Below, piece by piece: positions 1 to 64,000 of a stretch of 64,000 bases of DNA. The notes beneath the pieces are model-generated. The model worked only from the letters and a program-made list of their open reading frames with translations. It was not told the DNA's origin and made no database searches. This DNA comes from Octopus sinensis (lineage: Eukaryota): positions 5,828,001-5,892,000 of the forward strand of contig NC_043023.1 of the NCBI RefSeq assembly GCF_006345805.1. The letters are read 5' to 3'. The number at the start of each line of letters is the position of its first letter. The stretch's first letter is position 1. Made by a program: the position numbers and the translations under genes.

Positions 1-114
1 AGAACTGTTTCATTCAAATGAAATCATCGATGATTTCATTTGAATGAAACAGTTCTAGTCCTGTAGAAGCTCCTTCTATAAAATAAATATACATATATAT
101 ATATATATACATAT

Positions 115-306
115 AAAGTTAATCCAAACAAGAAAACACAAAAAAAACACAGCAACGCGAGGACGTGGAACAAATAAAGTATTATTGGACACTCAGGAAA
201 GAAGGGAAGAAGGAGGGTTTAACGTTTCGAGCGGAGCTCTTCTTCGGAAACATAGGAGAAGGGAAGACAGGGGAAAAGAAATCGCTGGCAGTACTCACAA
301 GGTCAC
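115..306 (-). mobile_element. Penelope-like pseudo-LTR fragment with minimal hammerhead-like motif; second copy at 62189-62402
   Basis: Near-identical to 62189-62402. The minus strand reads gttt-ccgaaga-a-gagc-tcc-gctc-gaaacgt-t-aaac. Confidence 0.55.
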
Positions 307-578
307 AGAGGAATGGCCACTAAAGTGGACACCCTATATTCTAAATATAGACGTCAAACCATCATTACCACGAAGAATGTGTTCTCAAGAAAAAATCTTG
401 AGAACACATTCTTCATGATAATGACGATTTGACGTCTATGTTTAGCATATAGGGTGTCCACTTTAGTGGTCATTCCTCTTAATTTTGTATGTAACACAAT
501 TGTTTAATCTTCGGAATTTTTAAATATGCTAAGCCACTGGTTTTAATTGATTTATTATTTAATTATATATATATGCAT

Positions 579-630
579 GGCGGTGCCCCAGCATGGCCAC
601 AGCTCATGAGCTGAAACTAGATAAAATAAA
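579..630 (+). mobile_element. Very short 3' tail of the CR1-type LINE family; another copy at about 25471-25520
   Basis: ggcggtgccccagcatggccacagctcatgagctgaaactaga matches the LINE 3' end at 35990-36032. Confidence 0.7.
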
Positions 631-680
631 ATATATACACACACACATATTTATACACATATCTTTATTTTTCTTTTCAG

Positions 681-58865
<58,185 letters not shown>

Positions 58866-59340
58866 GAAGTATTTTACCACTTCACCCGGTCCCATCATCG
58901 ACCAACAGCCAAAGGCTGTTTGTAGTTAGAAACAGGGACTGTTGTCTTCATAGTTTGAATTCTAGATTTGGAATAAGATCTGGAAGATCTAATCTTCTCT
59001 CAGGAAAAATATGTAGGTTTTTGTCTCACTTAATGCATCATCTTTTTCTTTTTAAGCTGAGGCCATTTAGGGGCATAACCTTGGAAAGTTTAGTCAAGCA
59101 GTTTTTGTTTCTGCTACCTATTTTTACATCTGCTACCAATTCTGTTGGTAATTTTTTTTTGTTTTGTTTTGTTTTTGCTAAAGCACTAAATTACAGGAAT
59201 ACAATGTTTTAATGTTAGGGCATCAAACACACACTCACACACACACACAGTAATATACAAGTCTGGTTTTCACGTTTTATTTCCAATGTTTACAATTTTA
59301 CAATATTGAAATAAACTGGCGCTTTCTATGCATTATACAA
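58866..59340 (+). other. Putative 3' UTR with polyadenylation signal
   Basis: Non-repetitive U-rich sequence after the stop codon; AATAAA at 59310-59315. Confidence 0.45.
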
Positions 59341-59403
59341 CTATCAGGGCTGTAATGACAGTCGTCTTCCACAATCTTCCATACACAATCATATGAACTC
59401 GGA

Positions 59404-59443
<40 letters not shown>

Positions 59444-59466
59444 GATTTCTATATCTTTCTATCTAT

Positions 59467-59507
<41 letters not shown>

Positions 59508-60002
59508 TAAATTAAATTAAATTAGAGACAAAACCACTATTAGGCAAATCAAACAATGAAAGACTTAAGCCAATACATAAATTAATTTATATTATTAAAT
59601 ATGTAACAATTATTAAAAAAATATAATTAATATCCACTACGATCGTTTCCTGTCTGCAGTCATCAAATTTTTGAGTCAGTCATTCATCAGGTGGTTTCAA
59701 AATTTTTCTTGGCGAGTTTCAAATAAATTAATAAATAAAACATATGCATATATACATACATATGTGTACGTACCTACATCTATATGTATGTATACATGTA
59801 TATATGGGTACAGGACACCAAAAAAAACGTCGAACACAATGAGAAACGAAAACATAAACACAAAACCAAGGAAATGGACATTTTTCTTAAACAACGAAAA
59901 AATAGAGTACAGGACATACAACACAAGGAAAACTCCCCTTCTTCAGCTGCCTCTGTTTCATCTACTCTGCATTATATATATATAACTATATCTATCTATG
60001 TA

Positions 60003-60239
60003 CAGGGTGTCCCAAAAAGAGATGTGCTCACTCTTTGACTTCCCAGTACTCATGCATTTTGTGTTCAAGTAGATGTTTATTGATATACATACATCCCTAA
60101 AAAGTTAAATTAAATTCAGAAAAATAAATTGTTGTAGAAATGGTTATTTATGGTCATTTAGAATTATTTAAAATAATAAAAAAACAATACATTAATAATC
60201 GTCTGTCAAAGAATGAGTACATTTTTTGGGGACACCCTG
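60003..60239. mobile_element. Tc1-type MITE
   Basis: TA|CAGGGTGTCCCAAAAA...TTTTTGGGGACACCCTG|TA. Confidence 0.85.
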
Positions 60240-60292
60240 TATATCTGTCTAACTATATCTTTCTAACTACACACACATACACACACACACAA

Positions 60293-60344
<52 letters not shown>

Positions 60345-61759
60345 TATATGGGTGGCTAATTTGCAATTTCATAACCTAGAGGCAGAAATGTATATGTCAC
60401 TGAAGTGATAAAGGGTACTAATCAGCACCAGTATTGCTAGAAATAACAGTCAAAACAACTCAATAGCCACAGAAAGCACTATCTAATGACTAACAAGGGA
60501 GGCAAGCTCCCTACAGCAGCAGACACAGTCAGATTATCAATGATTTCGTATTTTGATGTTTACGCATCTTAATGCTCATCAATGGCTCTCACATCACCTA
60601 GGGTATATGAAATCATCATTTAACATTCGTTTTCCATGCTGGCATGGATTGGATGGCCCGACAGGATTTAGAAAGCTGCAGGACTTCGTTGAGTTTCAAT
60701 ATCAGCTTTGGCATGGTTTCTATGGTTGGATGCTTTTCCAAATGTAAACCACTTTACTCATATTACCAACATTAGGAAGGTTGCCAAGTAACTTGAAAGG
60801 AAAAAGCAGGAAAAGTAGAGAGAAAAAGCCCCCTTGATTGAGATGTAGGTTGATGGTAGGGGTTAAGAGGGGAAGTTGGCTTAATGCCTGGCATTGGGGG
60901 CCAGAGTAAACCCCCAAGGTACAAGAAGGTGAACCTAACATAGCATACAAACAGTGGTTCAGGGGTAATTTCATAAGTGTGTGAGGGAAGAGTGACGGAT
61001 GCTGGAGAAGGGGTAAGATGAATGTAGTGAGTGATGGACATGGGTGGAGGTACAGTTGATGGGAAATACTAGTACAGACATGGAGGGGGATTGCTCAGCT
61101 CATTCATCGATGAAAAGCACAACTATGCACATGAACTGATGTGAATTGCAGGACTTCATGAACACTGACACTTTAAATGTACATTGCAGCCCTGGGGTCC
61201 CATTGTATCAGGGCCCTGTCCAATCAACAGTTTTTTTGGAGGCACATGGCTTAGTGGTTCGGGAGTTGGAAAAAAGGCGGCGAGCTGGCAGCAACATTAG
61301 CACGCCAGGCGAAATGCGTAACCGTATTTCGTCTGCCGTTACATTCTGAGTTCAAATTCCACCGAGGTCGACTTTGCCTTTCATCCTTTCGAGGTTGATA
61401 AATTAAATACCAGTTACATACTGGGGTCGATGTAATCGACTTAATCCGTTCGTCTGTCCTTGTTTGTCCTCTCTGTGTTTAGCCTCTTGTGGGCAATAAA
61501 GAAATAGGCTAGGGAGTTGGACCAGGTGATGTGTTGTTGTTCTTGAGCAAAATACTTCATTTCCCACTGCTCCAGTCTGCTAAGCTGGTAAAAAGGAATA
61601 ATTCTGTAATTAACCAGTGTTTCTCTCATTCAAGGAGGAATGTATATGCTAGAGAAGCCAGGAAACTGGGCCTATGCTGCCCACAGACTGTGGACTAACC
61701 AGTTGCTTGAGGCATTAATTGTGGAGGTGCATTATACATACATATACATACACACACAC

Positions 61760-61792
<33 letters not shown>

Positions 61793-61796
<4 letters not shown>

Positions 61797-62142
61797 CAGA
61801 TCAAAAGGGGTACGGACGCCGCTATATATATAGTTATGTATATGTAAAAAAATACAAACTGGGACAAGAACACAAAACATTTAGAAGACGATACAAAAAA
61901 CACGGACGGGACATTCGAAGCCTTCAATCTTCAGTCAAGAACCGGATCATCCAAGCAATTTCGGCTGATTAATCTTGAGATCGCTCTGATCCGGCCAGTC
62001 CCAATGAAGATTGAAGGCTTCGAATGTCCCGTCCGTGTTTTTTGTATCATCTTCTAAATGTTTTGCGTTCTTGTCCCAGTTTGTATTTTTTTACATATAC
62101 ATAACTATATATATAGCGGCGTCCGTACCCCTTTTGATCTGT

Positions 62143-62145
<3 letters not shown>
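61793..62145. repeat. Inverted repeat with 141-bp arms and a 71-bp spacer
   Basis: 61793-61933 is a near-perfect reverse complement of 62005-62145. Confidence 0.9.
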
Positions 62146-62176
<31 letters not shown>

Positions 62177-62482
62177 ATATATATATATAAAGTTAATCCA
62201 AACAAGAAAACACAGAAAAAAACACAGCAACGCGAGGATGTGGAACAAATATAGTATTATTGGACGCTCAGGAAAGAAGGGAAGAAGGAGGGTTTAACGT
62301 TTCGAGCGGAGCTCTTTGTTGGAAACAAAGGAGAAGGAAAGATCCAGAGAAGGGAAGACAGAGGAAAAAAATTTTTTTGCTGGTGGTGCTCAAGAGATCA
62401 CATATATATACATACATACATACACACATTTAAATACATACACATATATACATACACATATATATACATACACACACACACA

Positions 62483-62626
<144 letters not shown>

Positions 62627-63236
62627 CACATATATATACATACATACATACAAATTTGACATGTCTGATTCTTTCTTGTCTTGGGATTCACGGTCAAATG
62701 GCTGGGTGGAATTGTGTGAAAAATTACACATATGTTGAATGATCTGGTGGTGTTGCTGGGCTTTGTATTTTTTCATAGTTCCCATGGTTACCGAGATAAT
62801 CTACTATGATAATACTCTTGTGTTTATGAATGAAAAAGGGAGGGGTGATAGATGAATAAGGAAGGAAGGGGTGATGTCATACTTGGTAGTGGGATGATGA
62901 AAATTGGATGCTGAAAAAAATAAATCAAACAGCATTTCAACTCTGTGTGAATATATGTGTGTTTATGTAAAAGAGGGGTATGTAAATATGTGTGTGAGTG
63001 CGTGCAATGGTAGTGGGATGGTTCATATTTACTTAGTATTTGGGTTTATTTTTTGATTTGGTTGAATCTTGCTTGTTTTTTGGTTCGTCAGTTATTTTTA
63101 GCAATTTGACAGAAAAATGTCATTCTAAAATTGTTTTTTAACATAAGCGCGCCCAAACAAGTCGAATGCTTACACAGAGTAGGTTTTACAGCCATATCAT
63201 CCAAACCGACCAGGTGAAACCAGGCTTAGCTCCTAG

Positions 63237-63282
<46 letters not shown>

Positions 63283-63394
63283 TGTATGTATGTATGTATA
63301 TATGTATGTATGCATGTATGTATGTATGTATGTATGCATGTATATATGTATGTATGCATGTATATATGTATATATACACACACACACACACATA

Positions 63395-63830
63395 CAAGGT
63401 GTGGTGAATAGGTTGTTGTATAAATTATGCAAAAATGAAAATATCACTGACATCTCATTTTAACATATATTTCCTAAAATTACATAAAAATATCTTGAAA
63501 TACTAATCTCCTGAAACTCTTCTGGGCGATCTCCTTGTTTATGGTGGTGAATGCTGCCATAATCCTTGCCTTCAGTTCATCTTTGGTGTTACAAGGAGTT
63601 TTGTTGGTCTCTCATTCAATTGCACCTTACACATAATAATTAAGGGGGTTGCAGTCTGGGATGGTAGGTTGCCAGATGTTAGGGATGATGTGGTCACAGA
63701 AATTGTCTGACAGCCATGACTGAATTCTCCTGCATGTGTAGCATGGTGCAGAATCCTGTTGCCAGACATAGGGTCTCCCAGCTGCAAAATTTCAGCTAGA
63801 TCAAATAACTGCAAGTGGGTCAGGGGCATT
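63395..63830 (-). mobile_element. Tc1/IS630-like transposase remnant
   Basis: Minus strand ..PDCNPLNY...ETNK..CNTKDELKARI; ta|caaggtgtggtgaata terminus. Confidence 0.6.
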
Positions 63831-64000
63831 ACTTATTGAACGTCCCTCGTATATATACACACACACATACACTGACCCTCTTTCAGTTTCCGTCTACCAG
63901 ATCCACTCAGAAGGCTTTGGTCAGTTTGAGGCTGTAGTAGAAAATGCTTACCCAAAGTGCCATACAGTTGGACTGATCCTGGAACCAGGGCTGGCTTTAG

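Noticed and set aside
60720-61041. Minus-strand ORFs with an F.YLG-like motif
   Set aside because: Possibly a decayed LINE RT fragment, but too little motif support to call.

Overview
Eukaryotic, AT-rich, repeat-dense intronic DNA, most likely from an Octopus genome. That assignment is inferred from the SINE families and the long (TA)n/(TGTA)n tracts. The window holds the 3' part of one + strand gene, a neuroglian/L1CAM-family cell adhesion molecule. I reconstructed 18 GT-AG exons (681-58865) that splice in one open frame of about 984 codons: Ig3-Ig6, five FnIII domains, a transmembrane helix and a short cytoplasmic tail. The signal peptide, Ig1 and Ig2 lie upstream of the window. The most notable points are: (1) the tail lacks the canonical L1 GGKY and FIGQY motifs but has degenerate look-alikes; (2) a probable hidden in-frame 78-nt cytoplasmic cassette exon follows a 260-nt AG-free zone; (3) two acceptors are directly followed by donor-like sequence (recursive-splice geometry); (4) a duplicated acceptor could yield a secreted Ig1-4 (hemolin-like) form. 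The introns contain several tRNA-derived SINE families, CR1, RTE and R4-like LINE pieces, Penelope-like fragments with minimal hammerhead motifs, Helitron/Helentron tandem arrays, mariner/Tc1, piggyBac-like and Merlin-like MITEs, solo LTRs, long foldbacks and minisatellites. All calls were made by eye; no alignment or database search was run.
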